Part shown: in pieces, positions 20,212 to 31,719 of the stretch
Layout of the letters: the number at the start of each line of letters is the position of its first letter
Position numbering within the stretch: position 1 is the stretch's first letter
Assembly: GCA_048882045.1 (NCBI GenBank)
Contig: JBHLRZ010000026.1
Location: 1-49,466, forward strand
Length of the DNA stretch: 49,466 nucleotides
Source: Candidatus Thorarchaeota archaeon
Lineage (GTDB): Archaea > Asgardarchaeota > Thorarchaeia > Thorarchaeales > Thorarchaeaceae
Direction of reading: 5' to 3'
The notes under the pieces: generated by a model
Databases searched by the model: none
Told to the model about the DNA's origin: nothing
Seen by the model: only the letters and a program-made list of their open reading frames with translations
Position numbers and translations under genes: made by a program

Positions 20212-21518
20212 ATCCAGATGGCGAGCAAAAGAGTGAGATGGTGGTGGAGCCTATTGATCCACAGATACTTCTTGCTGACGAACGCTATGAAGTGATAGGG
20301 AACATCCTATCTGAAGTCTACGAACAGGGAGAGGGTAAGTGGTTCCTTAGTGATATGCTTGACAAAGTCTTGCTTCACAGATACTTGGGACTTCCAATCT
20401 TCATTGTAGTGATGTGGGCTATGTTTCATTTTACGTTTGAGATCTCTCTTGTCTTCATGGAGATGATAACCCAATTCTTTGCTTGGCTCGGGACATACAC
20501 ATCAATGATACCGAATCCTCTTGTTGCATCACTACTCACAAATGGTATCCTCGGAGGAGTCGGATTCATTCTCACATTCATTCCACCCATCTTCTTCCTC
20601 TATCTTGCCATTTCAATTCTTGAAGACACAGGATACCTATCTCGAGCCGCTTTCGTTATGGACCGTTTCATGATGAAGATGGGACTCCATGGAAGATCGT
20701 TCATTCCACTGCTCCTTGGATTCGGATGTAGTGTCGCCGCAGTGATGGCTTCACGGACAGTTGATGGAAGGTCGAACAGACTCACGACGATTCTCGTCAG
20801 CCCGCTCATGTCCTGTGCTGGGAGATTGCCTATCTACATCTTGATTGCGGGAGTTTTCTTCCCAGCGATAGCAGGAACAGTCGTCTTTCTCATGTACATG
20901 TTGGGCATTGTAATGGCAATTATTGTAGCAATCATCTTCAAGAGAACAATCCTCAGGGAAGAGTCGTCATCAATGCTGATGGAACTCTCACAGTATCAGA
21001 TACCGACTGCTCATGGTTCATTTAGACACATGTGGGATAGAGGTATCCTATTTGTGAGGACTGCTGGCACCTACCTTCTTGTAGGCAGCATCATCATGTG
21101 GGCACTCTCAACCTTTGGACCAGCTGGAGTCGGAGTTCCAATAGATGAATCATTTGCGGCAATTCTTGGAAGGGTATTCCAACCACTCTTTGGGCCCTTA
21201 GGATTTAGCTGGCAAGTAGTCATGGGATTGATATTCGGTTTCATAGCCAAGGAAGCAGTCATTCAAGCATTAGCGATAGTCTATGCTGTAGGAGGAGTTG
21301 CCCTTGAAACTGCGTTGGTAACAAGCATGAGCCCATTGATAGCAATTACGCTGATGGTGTTTGTTCTTCTCTATATTCCATGTCTCGCGACAGTCGGGGC
21401 GATAAGAAAAGAAACAGGATCATGGAAATGGACAGGATTCTCTGTTGCATATCAACTTATGTTGGCATACGTTGTTGCAATGTTCGTTGTGATCATAGGA
21501 GGGTGGTTCATTGCATAG
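20208..21518 (+). CDS. feoB: FeoB transmembrane domain (split FeoB, part 2)
   Basis: LEDTGYLSRAAFVMD, PLLLGFGCS, PLMSCAGRLPIY, LYIPCLAT. Own SD (GGAGGTG) and GTGA overlap. Confidence 0.92.
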   Translation: MNPDGEQKSEMVVEPIDPQILLADERYEVIGNILSEVYEQGEGKWFLSDMLDKVLLHRYLGLPIFIVVMWAMFHFTFEISLVFMEMITQFFAWLGTYTSMIPNPLVASLLTNGILGGVGFILTFIPPIFFLYLAISILEDTGYLSRAAFVMDRFMMKMGLHGRSFIPLLLGFGCSVAAVMASRTVDGRSNRLTTILVSPLMSCAGRLPIYILIAGVFFPAIAGTVVFLMYMLGIVMAIIVAIIFKRTILREESSSMLMELSQYQIPTAHGSFRHMWDRGILFVRTAGTYLLVGSIIMWALSTFGPAGVGVPIDESFAAILGRVFQPLFGPLGFSWQVVMGLIFGFIAKEAVIQALAIVYAVGGVALETALVTSMSPLIAITLMVFVLLYIPCLATVGAIRKETGSWKWTGFSVAYQLMLAYVVAMFVVIIGGWFIA

Positions 21519-21990
21519 AGAAGATCTGCACCTACCTGAAGAAGGGAGATGGCCATCGATTCTGACACTGTCCATAGGGCTCGGATATCTAGTTGTAGGA
21601 ATCATTCAGATTCTGACAAGTTTCGGTATCATATCTCCCATACCTGGATTTACGGATCCGATTGGTGGATTCCTCCTAATCATCGTTGCATCTGTCTTTC
21701 TGACTGGATTCAGACCATTGTCGGAGAACAATCAAGAGGGATATGCTTTCGTCGCAGTGGGCTATATTCTAGCAGCGGTCATGTTTGCACTTCAGGTTTT
21801 GGTGATACTCAGTAATGCCCTTGGATGGATTCTCCAGTTTCAGGATTGGCTTGCTTGGAACATCATCAATGACATCACACCATCATTCTGGATGTTTCTC
21901 ATCATGATGGCAGGTACAGGTTCACTGTGGATCATCGGAAGTATGAGAGAGAAGATACTTGGCAAGCACCAAGGAGGAGTTGAACAATGA
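21511..21990 (+). CDS. 4-TM membrane protein in the feo operon
   Basis: Hydrophobic helices; overlaps both neighbours. Confidence 0.75.
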   Translation: MHREDLHLPEEGRWPSILTLSIGLGYLVVGIIQILTSFGIISPIPGFTDPIGGFLLIIVASVFLTGFRPLSENNQEGYAFVAVGYILAAVMFALQVLVILSNALGWILQFQDWLAWNIINDITPSFWMFLIMMAGTGSLWIIGSMREKILGKHQGGVEQ

Positions 21991-22265
21991 TCAAGAAGGT
22001 CTTACAGCTCATCATATCAGAGGGAATGTTAGACAAGAAGGAGATCGCACGCAGAGTTGGAATTCAGGTCGAAACTTTGGATGACATTATTCGACTTCTC
22101 ATCCAGCGGGGATTTCTGACAACTGAGGTTCAAGGATGTAATGAAGAGTCTGCTTGTAGTGGTTGTCATCATGCCACAGGATGCGACATGGTGACATCAG
22201 TTGGGCAAGCATTCTATGTGACAGAGAAAGGAAAAGCATATGCCAAGATTGGAGGTAGTTGTTGA
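21987..22265 (+). CDS. feoC: FeoC-like winged-helix protein with Cys cluster
   Basis: HTH (KKEIARRVGIQVETLDDIIRLLIQRGFL) plus C-x5-C-x2-C-x5-C in the wing; GGAGG SD. Confidence 0.75.
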   Translation: MIKKVLQLIISEGMLDKKEIARRVGIQVETLDDIIRLLIQRGFLTTEVQGCNEESACSGCHHATGCDMVTSVGQAFYVTEKGKAYAKIGGSC

Positions 22266-22654
22266 AAATGGATACTCAGGAAACACAAGGCGAACTCACA
22301 AAGGCACTAGAGATGTACATCAAAGTAGCCTACGAACTACAGAATGAGTTGGGAATTGCTACTGTATCAGATATGGCAGAACGTTTGAGTGTAAAGGCAC
22401 CGAGTGTGACTGCAGCCTTACAGAAGTTAGACAGCATGGGTATGGTGAATTATAGGAAGTATCAGAATGTCAAACTAACCAAAAGAGGAATTGAGGTGGC
22501 TAGGAGGCTCGATCAGCGGAACAAGACACTTCTCGACTTTCTGTTGATGATTGGTGTTGACGAGGAAACAGCAAAGGTTGATGCGTGCGAAATAGAACAT
22601 GTTGTTAATCCTATCACCATTGAGAAACTGGAGAAGTTTCTGAAGACCCTTTGA
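22259..22654 (+). CDS. DtxR/MntR family metal-dependent transcriptional repressor
   Basis: EMYIK, DMAERLSVKAPSVT, DACEIEH metal-binding motif. Confidence 0.92.
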   Translation: MLKMDTQETQGELTKALEMYIKVAYELQNELGIATVSDMAERLSVKAPSVTAALQKLDSMGMVNYRKYQNVKLTKRGIEVARRLDQRNKTLLDFLLMIGVDEETAKVDACEIEHVVNPITIEKLEKFLKTL

Positions 22655-22661
22655 AGAAGAT

Positions 22662-24740
<2,079 letters not shown>

Positions 24741-24841
24741 TCAGCATGACTAACCTATAAACTGCACTCACTCTGAAAAATCAAGCTACGTCTCTTTAAA
24801 TGCCAAAAGAGCTCTTAGTAAACGGTTAGGAGGCAACCAAC

Positions 24842-25393
24842 CTGAGCTCGAGACCTCAAGTCCATAGGATACTCATAGCAGGAGACGAAGAGCTAGGCTT
24901 CAGTCTGTGTGCCAAACTTTTGGATAGAGACCTCACTGATCCCAGGACCCTGGCGAAGGAGTCTCTTGAGGACGAATGGCCCAAGGACGAATGGATAAAG
25001 CTTGAATCTGTAATGGATGAGGGAATCGTCACAACCTATGAGCTAGACCTGGAGCTCCATGGACCCTGGGTCTGGGAGCTCTATAGTACACTTGAACCAC
25101 GTGACTATTTCAGAAGGTTCTCGGGAGTAGTTCTGTGTGCAGACCCATTTAGAGAAACCCTTCCGTCTGAGCTCTCCAACTTGATGAGAACGATTGAGAT
25201 TCATGTTGGACATCCCCTTCCTACAATCATGATCGTCGATAAATCAAAGAAATTAGTAAAGGGTCAAACCGCAGCCCTGCGAGAGATAGCTGAAACCCTG
25301 GCAGTTTCCATCATGTTCATCAATCTTAACACAGGAAAGAATATTGAGAAGGTATTCAAGAGTCTGACAGAGGAGATATGTGGCTGTACGTGA
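24842..25393 (+). CDS. degenerate Ras/Rab-fold small GTPase (pseudo-GTPase), probable CTG start
   Basis: In-frame extension to CTG 24842 (8 nt after AGGAGG, in-frame TAG at 24827) adds HRILIAGDEELGFSL (decayed P-loop). YFRRFSGVVLCAD, IMIVDKSK (G4-like), FINLNTGKNIEKVFKSL (G5-like). Confidence 0.7.
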   Translation: MSSRPQVHRILIAGDEELGFSLCAKLLDRDLTDPRTLAKESLEDEWPKDEWIKLESVMDEGIVTTYELDLELHGPWVWELYSTLEPRDYFRRFSGVVLCADPFRETLPSELSNLMRTIEIHVGHPLPTIMIVDKSKKLVKGQTAALREIAETLAVSIMFINLNTGKNIEKVFKSLTEEICGCT

Positions 25394-25437
25394 TAGCAAG
25401 CGCTGAAGGACACATTGATTTGTAAAGAAACCAATAG

Positions 25438-26784
25438 TTGAAGGAGGGTAGTCGCATATTGAGAAAGAGTGTGGTTTTTCTGTCATTGGCAGCAATAATC
25501 CTACTCTCTTCTCTGATTCCAGAGGTTCATGCAGACACTATTGTTTACATTACTGAAACATTTGATGAAGCCATTGAGCCTGTGATGTTCGGGAATTCAA
25601 CAGCTTATCCTCACGAGGACACGACAAGAATCTCGGTTACTGATGACGGAATTATTTTCATGTTAGGTTATTGTTACTTGTGGGAATTGGTTCGAGGAGA
25701 AACACCCGTTTCGCTCATCGCGTGGGATAGTGATGGAAACATAATGTGGTCGCACACTTGGGGATGCTTTAGGCTACAATTGTTTGGCATGACTATTGAT
25801 GAGACATATGTCTATGTTGCTGGTAGAGAACGGGGGGACATATTCGTTGGGAAGTTTGATTACTTTGGGCAACAAATTTGGAACAAGAGCATCGATCTGG
25901 GAGAGAGTGAAACCGGATGGACAATAGGAATCCTAGACGATGGGACAATAATCATTGGAGGATACCAATACAGTGAGCCGGAACCAGACCAGACTCTTAC
26001 CGAAGGCATACTAGTAGCACTTGACCTGGATGGAAATTATTCTTGGCATGCAACATATGAGGTGGACACCAACATTCTCTGTGACTCGAACTCTATCTAC
26101 ATAAATTCGCTCAATACGATACAGAGATTGGACAACCGTGGTGATATAGTCTGGTTTGTTGATAGTATGGATAGTCAGCTCCTAAATGTTCGAGATGAAA
26201 TGTTGTACACCTATCGGGGATATACTACCAACTACACATGGACAAGTATTAGCGGTTCAACTTTTGAGGGCCCCTTCGCTCAGACAGATGTAGACATTCT
26301 CTCGTGGAACACCGAAACTGGACATCCATTGAATCTGAACAATATCAAGTTCTGCGACTATAATGGTCAGACGTACAACAGAACAGTAATTCAGAGCATT
26401 GTGGCTAAAGATGGATCTTTGGGCATGTTGATCGGATGTTATGATATCGAAAAGTGGTATCTGTCGAGTATTATTCCTACAACTGAGTTGACTTCAACCA
26501 CCCTGCTCTTAAACGGAACATGGCATAATGTTCTATTGGACATGGATGATACTGGCAATGTATACTTGGCTGCAACATCAAGAACGTACGGTCTTACTGT
26601 GATGAGGTTTGACTCCAGTCAACTTGCCTCAGGCCCGAGCTCAGCATCAGATGTTATCTCACCACCCATAGACCTCAGTAGTGATGGGATGATCGATGTC
26701 CAAATCGTTACGCTTACTCTCATTGGAGTCACATTCATTGATGTAACCTTCATCGTATATCTGAAGCGGAGAGTAGCTCGCTGA
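25438..26784 (+). CDS. exported beta-propeller-like protein with C-terminal membrane anchor
   Basis: Signal peptide (..PEVHA), repeated D-x-x-G-N-x-x-W blades, C-terminal TM followed by KRR. Confidence 0.75.
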   Translation: MKEGSRILRKSVVFLSLAAIILLSSLIPEVHADTIVYITETFDEAIEPVMFGNSTAYPHEDTTRISVTDDGIIFMLGYCYLWELVRGETPVSLIAWDSDGNIMWSHTWGCFRLQLFGMTIDETYVYVAGRERGDIFVGKFDYFGQQIWNKSIDLGESETGWTIGILDDGTIIIGGYQYSEPEPDQTLTEGILVALDLDGNYSWHATYEVDTNILCDSNSIYINSLNTIQRLDNRGDIVWFVDSMDSQLLNVRDEMLYTYRGYTTNYTWTSISGSTFEGPFAQTDVDILSWNTETGHPLNLNNIKFCDYNGQTYNRTVIQSIVAKDGSLGMLIGCYDIEKWYLSSIIPTTELTSTTLLLNGTWHNVLLDMDDTGNVYLAATSRTYGLTVMRFDSSQLASGPSSASDVISPPIDLSSDGMIDVQIVTLTLIGVTFIDVTFIVYLKRRVAR

Positions 26785-26845
26785 AAAGCTGTCAGAAAAT
26801 CGAGCTAGTGTTCCAAAAATCAGTGGAACCGCCTTTTCGCAATGC

Positions 26846-27012
26846 TTATATCAAAAAGCTCCCATGCCAGATGTGGCGTCACCGAAAGATTCCTAGTTGA
26901 TATTAGGAATCTGGAAGGACCGGAAGACTTTTAAGGCAGATTTGAGTATATAAAGTTAGCGGAATCTGAATGGGGATTGAACGTATTCTGATGGTTCTTC
27001 TGCGCCACGAAG
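26846..27012 (+). promoter_or_regulatory. TATA-like box and candidate multi-stem structured leader upstream of the tfb pair
   Basis: TTATAT at 26846-26851; GTGGCG (26873) pairs with CGCCAC (27003); AGATTCCTA-N8-TAGGAATCT at 26887-26912; CAGATTT/GAATCTG at 26937-26968. Confidence 0.45.
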
Positions 27013-27071
27013 CACTGAACGACTTTTAGATTACATGAGACATGACCCTTCGGAGGAGAGGTAGTCGGACA

Positions 27072-28025
27072 ATGTCAAGGACAGACCGTAAGCAACCTGA
27101 TCGCTCAAAGAGCTCAGCAGGGTTCACATGTCCTGAGTGCGGAGGCCGTGAGGTCGTACAGGATCTCGAGAAAGGCGAACGCATTTGCGCCACGTGTGGA
27201 CTTGTGGTCAGTGAGCATAGGATTGACACTGGTCCTGAATGGCGAGCCTTCACGAGTGATGAGAAGGATGCAAGGTCTAGGGCGGGAGCCCCGACCAACT
27301 ACGCGATCCATGATAAGGGTCTTTCGACAATGATTGACTGGCGTGACCACGACTCTCAGGGGAAGAGGTTCACTGCCAAGAAACGTTCCGAGATATACCG
27401 CCTAAGGAAATGGCAGATTCGTACGCGAGTTCACAGCAGTGTGGACAGGAACCTGGCTCAAGCCATGTCGGAACTTGACAGGTTGTCTTCACAGTTGGGA
27501 CTAACAAAGAGCATCAAGGAATTGGCTGCGTTACTCTATCGAAAATTGATAGTCAGGAGACTTGCACGGAGCAGGTCGATTGACGCAATGGTTGGAGCAG
27601 CGATATATGCTGCCTGTAGACTGAGAAAAGCACCACGTTCCCTTGAGGAGATATCACGACACTCACGGGTGAGTAAAAAGAAGATAGGTCAACACTACCG
27701 CCTATTGGTCGAAAAGCTGAAGCTGAGAATGCCGATATCAGATCCAGCAAACTACGTCCCCCGCTTCATCACCCAACTGAACCTTCCTGGCAAGGTCCAG
27801 CAGAAGGTGCTTGAGATTCTTGATATGGCCAAGCAAAATCGAACACTGGTCACAGGGCGAGACCCAAGAGGTCTTGCAGCCGCTGCGATATACATCGCTT
27901 CGATCCTTATGGATCACAGAGTGACACAACGTGACATCGCGATGGCTGCAGGTGTGACTGAAGTAACGGTTCGGAACCGTTACAAGGAGCTCGTACAGAA
28001 GCTCAATATTACCATGGCGCCGTGA
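27072..28025 (+). CDS. tfb: transcription initiation factor IIB paralog 1
   Basis: CPEC...CATC Zn ribbon, DTGPEWRAF B-reader, two cyclin folds, GVTEVTVRNRYKEL. Start after GGAGG. Confidence 0.96.
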   Translation: MSRTDRKQPDRSKSSAGFTCPECGGREVVQDLEKGERICATCGLVVSEHRIDTGPEWRAFTSDEKDARSRAGAPTNYAIHDKGLSTMIDWRDHDSQGKRFTAKKRSEIYRLRKWQIRTRVHSSVDRNLAQAMSELDRLSSQLGLTKSIKELAALLYRKLIVRRLARSRSIDAMVGAAIYAACRLRKAPRSLEEISRHSRVSKKKIGQHYRLLVEKLKLRMPISDPANYVPRFITQLNLPGKVQQKVLEILDMAKQNRTLVTGRDPRGLAAAAIYIASILMDHRVTQRDIAMAAGVTEVTVRNRYKELVQKLNITMAP

Positions 28026-28120
28026 TAAACAAGTGTGTAGGAGTATAACGAATCTGTTTGAACATGAGGGTACTGGGACCTCGAAAAACCCAGAGCACGT
28101 TGGAGGGAACAAGTAAACAA

Positions 28121-29092
28121 ATGGCAACATCTAGGATAGATGAATCGACAAGAGAAGAAGTGATTTTGGATAGTCCTGGCATGACATGCCCCGATTGTGG
28201 TGGCAATGATGTCGTCAGGGACAATGAGAAAGGGGAGTTGATTTGTGCCACATGCGGTCTCGTGTTGAGTGACCATCGTATCGACACAGGACCTGAGTGG
28301 AGAGCATTCACCTCCGATGAGCGCGACACACGCGCCAGAACAGGTGCGCCAACAAGCTATGCACTGCATGACAAAGGTCTATCCACTATGATAGACTGGC
28401 GTGACAGAGACTCGAAGGGATCCGCCTTCACTGCAAAGCAGAGAGCGCAAATATATCGCCTCAGAAAGTGGCAGATCAGAACGCGAGTTCATAGCTCGCT
28501 GGACCGAAACCTAGCACAGGCAATGACTGAGATTGACAGGTTGTCCTCGCAACTAGGACTCTCGCAAGGACTGCGAGAACATGCTGCACGACTCTACCGC
28601 AAGCTCATAGCTGGAAGACTTTGGCGTAGTAGGTCGATCGATGCTACAGCAGCTGCTGCAGTTTACGCTGCTTGTAGACACAGAGGGTCGCCACGCTCGA
28701 TTGAGGAGATAGCCGAACACAGCAGGGAGAACAAAAAGAAGATATCAGCCCACTATAGGATGCTGGTCACCAAGCTGAAGCTTCGAATGCCTATCTCTTC
28801 CCCAGAGAACTATGTTCCAAGATTCATCTCAGATCTCAAACTCCCACCAGAGGTCCAGAGAATCTCTATGGAAATCATAGAAAAGGCAAAGCAGGTAAGA
28901 AACCTAGTCACAGGCAGAGACCCAAGAGGTCTGGCTGCGGCTGCAATCTATATCGCATCAATAATGACAGACAACAGGGTGACTCAGCGGGATATCTCTC
29001 AGGTTAGTGGTGTCACTGAAGTGACAATACGCAACCGCTACAAGGAGCTGGTGAGCAAACTTGAGCTCACTATGGCACCTGCTGCAGTATAG
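28121..29092 (+). CDS. tfb: transcription initiation factor IIB paralog 2
   Basis: Same motifs (CPDC...CATC, DTGPEWRAF, GVTEVTIRNRYKEL); closely similar to paralog 1. Confidence 0.96.
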   Translation: MATSRIDESTREEVILDSPGMTCPDCGGNDVVRDNEKGELICATCGLVLSDHRIDTGPEWRAFTSDERDTRARTGAPTSYALHDKGLSTMIDWRDRDSKGSAFTAKQRAQIYRLRKWQIRTRVHSSLDRNLAQAMTEIDRLSSQLGLSQGLREHAARLYRKLIAGRLWRSRSIDATAAAAVYAACRHRGSPRSIEEIAEHSRENKKKISAHYRMLVTKLKLRMPISSPENYVPRFISDLKLPPEVQRISMEIIEKAKQVRNLVTGRDPRGLAAAAIYIASIMTDNRVTQRDISQVSGVTEVTIRNRYKELVSKLELTMAPAAV

Positions 29093-29101
29093 GCTTAGTC
29101 A

Positions 29102-29135
29102 GGCTGCAGGAAACTGCAGCCACTCCTTCTTTTTC
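29102..29135 (+). terminator. hairpin terminator after the tfb pair
   Basis: GGCTGCAG-GAAA-CTGCAGCC (8-bp stem, GNRA loop) followed by pyrimidine/T tract CTCCTTCTTTTTC. Confidence 0.7.
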
Positions 29136-29185
29136 AACGATTGATTCATAAGTTCTGACTCCGAGCTCATAGTAGGTAGAGGGAG

Positions 29186-29743
29186 ATGATAGTTGAAAGT
29201 GGTATCGTCATGTTCCTGTTCATGACAGGTATCAGCATATTCTTGCTTTTGGAGATGGGGGTCAACAATGTAGGTTCTCAGAAGAGATTGGTCCACTATT
29301 TCATAACCAATCCCTTGAAAGTTGAGGCACTCATCCTTAGTCTATTCTGTACCTTCCCATTTTTCATTCTCTACACCAGCTATTACGGATTCTTGATGGG
29401 GAGAGACACGGAATTCCCTTCTTTTCTAGTCACAATTGTGATAGGTTGGCCAGTACTCAGCTATGCAATACATCGAAGAATAATGGATTTCAAACATACC
29501 CTTGGGATTGACAAGAAGAAAGTGTACGATCCTGTTCAGATAGCTAAATTATCAATCGCAATATGGATGGTTGCAGCATTCGCTTTGGTATCTAGCTTCT
29601 TCTTTGCTCTCTTCGACATCTTGACCGAGTCCATATCGGTTCTCATAGCATTCAGCGGGATTGTAATGATGCTCATTCCATTTCGCGACTCACTTGCCAA
29701 AGTCCGAAACCAGAATGTAATTTCTGAAGAAGAACTCGATTGA
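29186..29743 (+). CDS. hypothetical multi-pass membrane protein
   Basis: About five hydrophobic segments; GGGAG SD. Confidence 0.7.
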   Translation: MIVESGIVMFLFMTGISIFLLLEMGVNNVGSQKRLVHYFITNPLKVEALILSLFCTFPFFILYTSYYGFLMGRDTEFPSFLVTIVIGWPVLSYAIHRRIMDFKHTLGIDKKKVYDPVQIAKLSIAIWMVAAFALVSSFFFALFDILTESISVLIAFSGIVMMLIPFRDSLAKVRNQNVISEEELD

Positions 29744-29781
29744 GAGGATTTATCTAAAACAATTGCCTAAGTGACAGAAAC

Positions 29782-30051
29782 GTGGTAAGGAGATTGTCAT
29801 CGATGGATGTGTTTCAATTCATCCTAGCAGTCGTTATAATAGTGACAGCAGGAGGTTGGTGTCTTGATTGGGTCTTCTCTGGAACAGTCTATCCGATTTA
29901 TGTTCAAAATCCTGTTGTGGAGGAGGAACATCAGTATTCGACAATCATTTGTCGAGTCTGTGGACATGAAGTGAGATACTCCATTCAGAAGATGAAAGCA
30001 AATGGAGAGGTCAAGTGCGGTAGATGTGGGAGTTTCCTTACAGAAGAGTAA
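29782..30051 (+). CDS. small membrane-anchored zinc-ribbon protein
   Basis: N-terminal TM; CRVC...CGRC. Confidence 0.65.
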   Translation: MVRRLSSMDVFQFILAVVIIVTAGGWCLDWVFSGTVYPIYVQNPVVEEEHQYSTIICRVCGHEVRYSIQKMKANGEVKCGRCGSFLTEE

Positions 30052-30078
30052 TCAGGACCTTCGAAGTGTTTTGATTTC

Positions 30079-30672
30079 ATGGTGAAAGCTGTAGTTCTCG
30101 ATATGGATGGTGTGATTAGGCACCTAGACATTGAGTATGCAGAAGGAGCAGCCCAAACTATCGGTTTTAGTCTAGATGAGCTGATGGACTTGCTTTGGGA
30201 CAACGATGCAGCACAAGAACTACTGTGTGGGAGGTCAACACCAGATGTCTGGTGGGAGCAGGTTCAAAAATTGGACGTACGACTTGAGGGTGTGTCTCAG
30301 GATCTCATCTGGGATGAAGTACTAGTCAAGTCATTCATTGATCGTGATGTGATTGAGTTCATCGGAGGTGTCAGTGGTCATCTTGTAACGTGCATACTCA
30401 GTAACTGCACAAAGGAGGGCAAGATCAAAATTCTGAGGGACATAGGTGAAGATAGTCCATTCGATTTTATCTTGTCGTCAAGTGATTTCGGTGCAACGAA
30501 ACCTGCACCAGAGGTATATCATGGTATGTTAGAAACAATCGGAGTGAAGGCTGAGGATTGTATTCTATTCGATGATAGACCTCCAAATGTAGATGGAGCT
30601 AAAGCAGTTGGAATTCAAGCCTACTTGTTCGAAGGGATTGAACAACTGAAGAAACTGGTTATACCCTCATGA
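30079..30672 (+). CDS. HAD-superfamily hydrolase
   Basis: DMDGV motif I, LSN, KPAPEVY, FDDRPPNVDGA. Confidence 0.92.
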   Translation: MVKAVVLDMDGVIRHLDIEYAEGAAQTIGFSLDELMDLLWDNDAAQELLCGRSTPDVWWEQVQKLDVRLEGVSQDLIWDEVLVKSFIDRDVIEFIGGVSGHLVTCILSNCTKEGKIKILRDIGEDSPFDFILSSSDFGATKPAPEVYHGMLETIGVKAEDCILFDDRPPNVDGAKAVGIQAYLFEGIEQLKKLVIPS

Positions 30673-30738
30673 TTCTCGGGCCTTAAATTGTTAATAATGA
30701 CACCAAATGGCGTCTATCCAAATTAGGAGACCGTTTCT

Positions 30739-31713
30739 ATGGCACAAGCAGTAGTGCAAGAGCACGCACCATCCACCAAAAGCGAAGGCTCTGTATGGTC
30801 GAGAATGAATCTTCTCGCCATGAGTGGAATCATGTTGGTCATTGGAACAGCCTGGCGCATAGTTGACCAGTTTGTTCTCGGGCTTGGAGATACGTGGACG
30901 AACATAATGCCCTCCAAACTCTTCCCATTTCTGATTATCTTTGGTTTCTTCTTCAGATACCGAAGGCAAGAGATCGATTCTGTCTTAGGTCTTTCAAGGC
31001 ACAGGCTGAAACTACAACTCTCAGTAGGAATCATAATGGGGATTTTGATCTCAATCTTGATCGATATTGGAGGAACTGTGGTTTATGGGTTGATTCTAGA
31101 TCAAACCTATCCACTTGAACTTCATATCCTCAATGAGGGACTTCTTGGATACTCCTTCCTCTTCTTCTTGACAAATGCTTTTCTTGAAGAAACCCTGTTC
31201 AGGGGACTTCTTCAGAACAGTTTCAAGACAAGATTCACTCCATCTCGCGCCATTTTCCTTTCAGCTGTTATCTTTGGACTGTGGCATGCTGGTTGGCCAC
31301 TCGTCAATGGTGGGACTGGAAGAGAAGTCATCATGCAGGTCTTTATGATGGTCTTCTTCACAACCATTCTCGGGCTCCTATTTGGTGTCTATTATGAGCG
31401 ATTCAGTTCTGGGCGATCACTCTTGGGTGCAATCGCAGCTCACACCATATTCAACTTCGTGAGTGAGAACTTCAAGGTCGGACCTGAACCAGTCATACAG
31501 GGACCAGACCTTGCCTTCTCCACACCAGGCTTGATGACCGTGACCCTAATCATGTTCTTCGCGACGTTCTCAATCTTATTCGCGATCTTTTTGCGATACA
31601 AGATCGAACATGCCTCAGACCTTTGGAGGCGGTTCAGAGAGAGAACTGGGAAAGTGTTTCCCGGATTAACTAGAACAGAAGCTGCTACAGACAAAAAATC
31701 AGACAAGGTATGA
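30739..31713 (+). CDS. CPBP (Abi/CAAX protease, Rce1-like) intramembrane metalloprotease
   Basis: EETLFRG, FGLWH, AHTIFN motifs. Confidence 0.9.
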   Translation: MAQAVVQEHAPSTKSEGSVWSRMNLLAMSGIMLVIGTAWRIVDQFVLGLGDTWTNIMPSKLFPFLIIFGFFFRYRRQEIDSVLGLSRHRLKLQLSVGIIMGILISILIDIGGTVVYGLILDQTYPLELHILNEGLLGYSFLFFLTNAFLEETLFRGLLQNSFKTRFTPSRAIFLSAVIFGLWHAGWPLVNGGTGREVIMQVFMMVFFTTILGLLFGVYYERFSSGRSLLGAIAAHTIFNFVSENFKVGPEPVIQGPDLAFSTPGLMTVTLIMFFATFSILFAIFLRYKIEHASDLWRRFRERTGKVFPGLTRTEAATDKKSDKV

Positions 31714-31719
31714 CAAATT

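Noticed and set aside
17470-22654. Feo operon as the nickel supplier for LarA
   Set aside because: Only adjacency supports it; no larBCE in the window and the Feo motifs look conventional.
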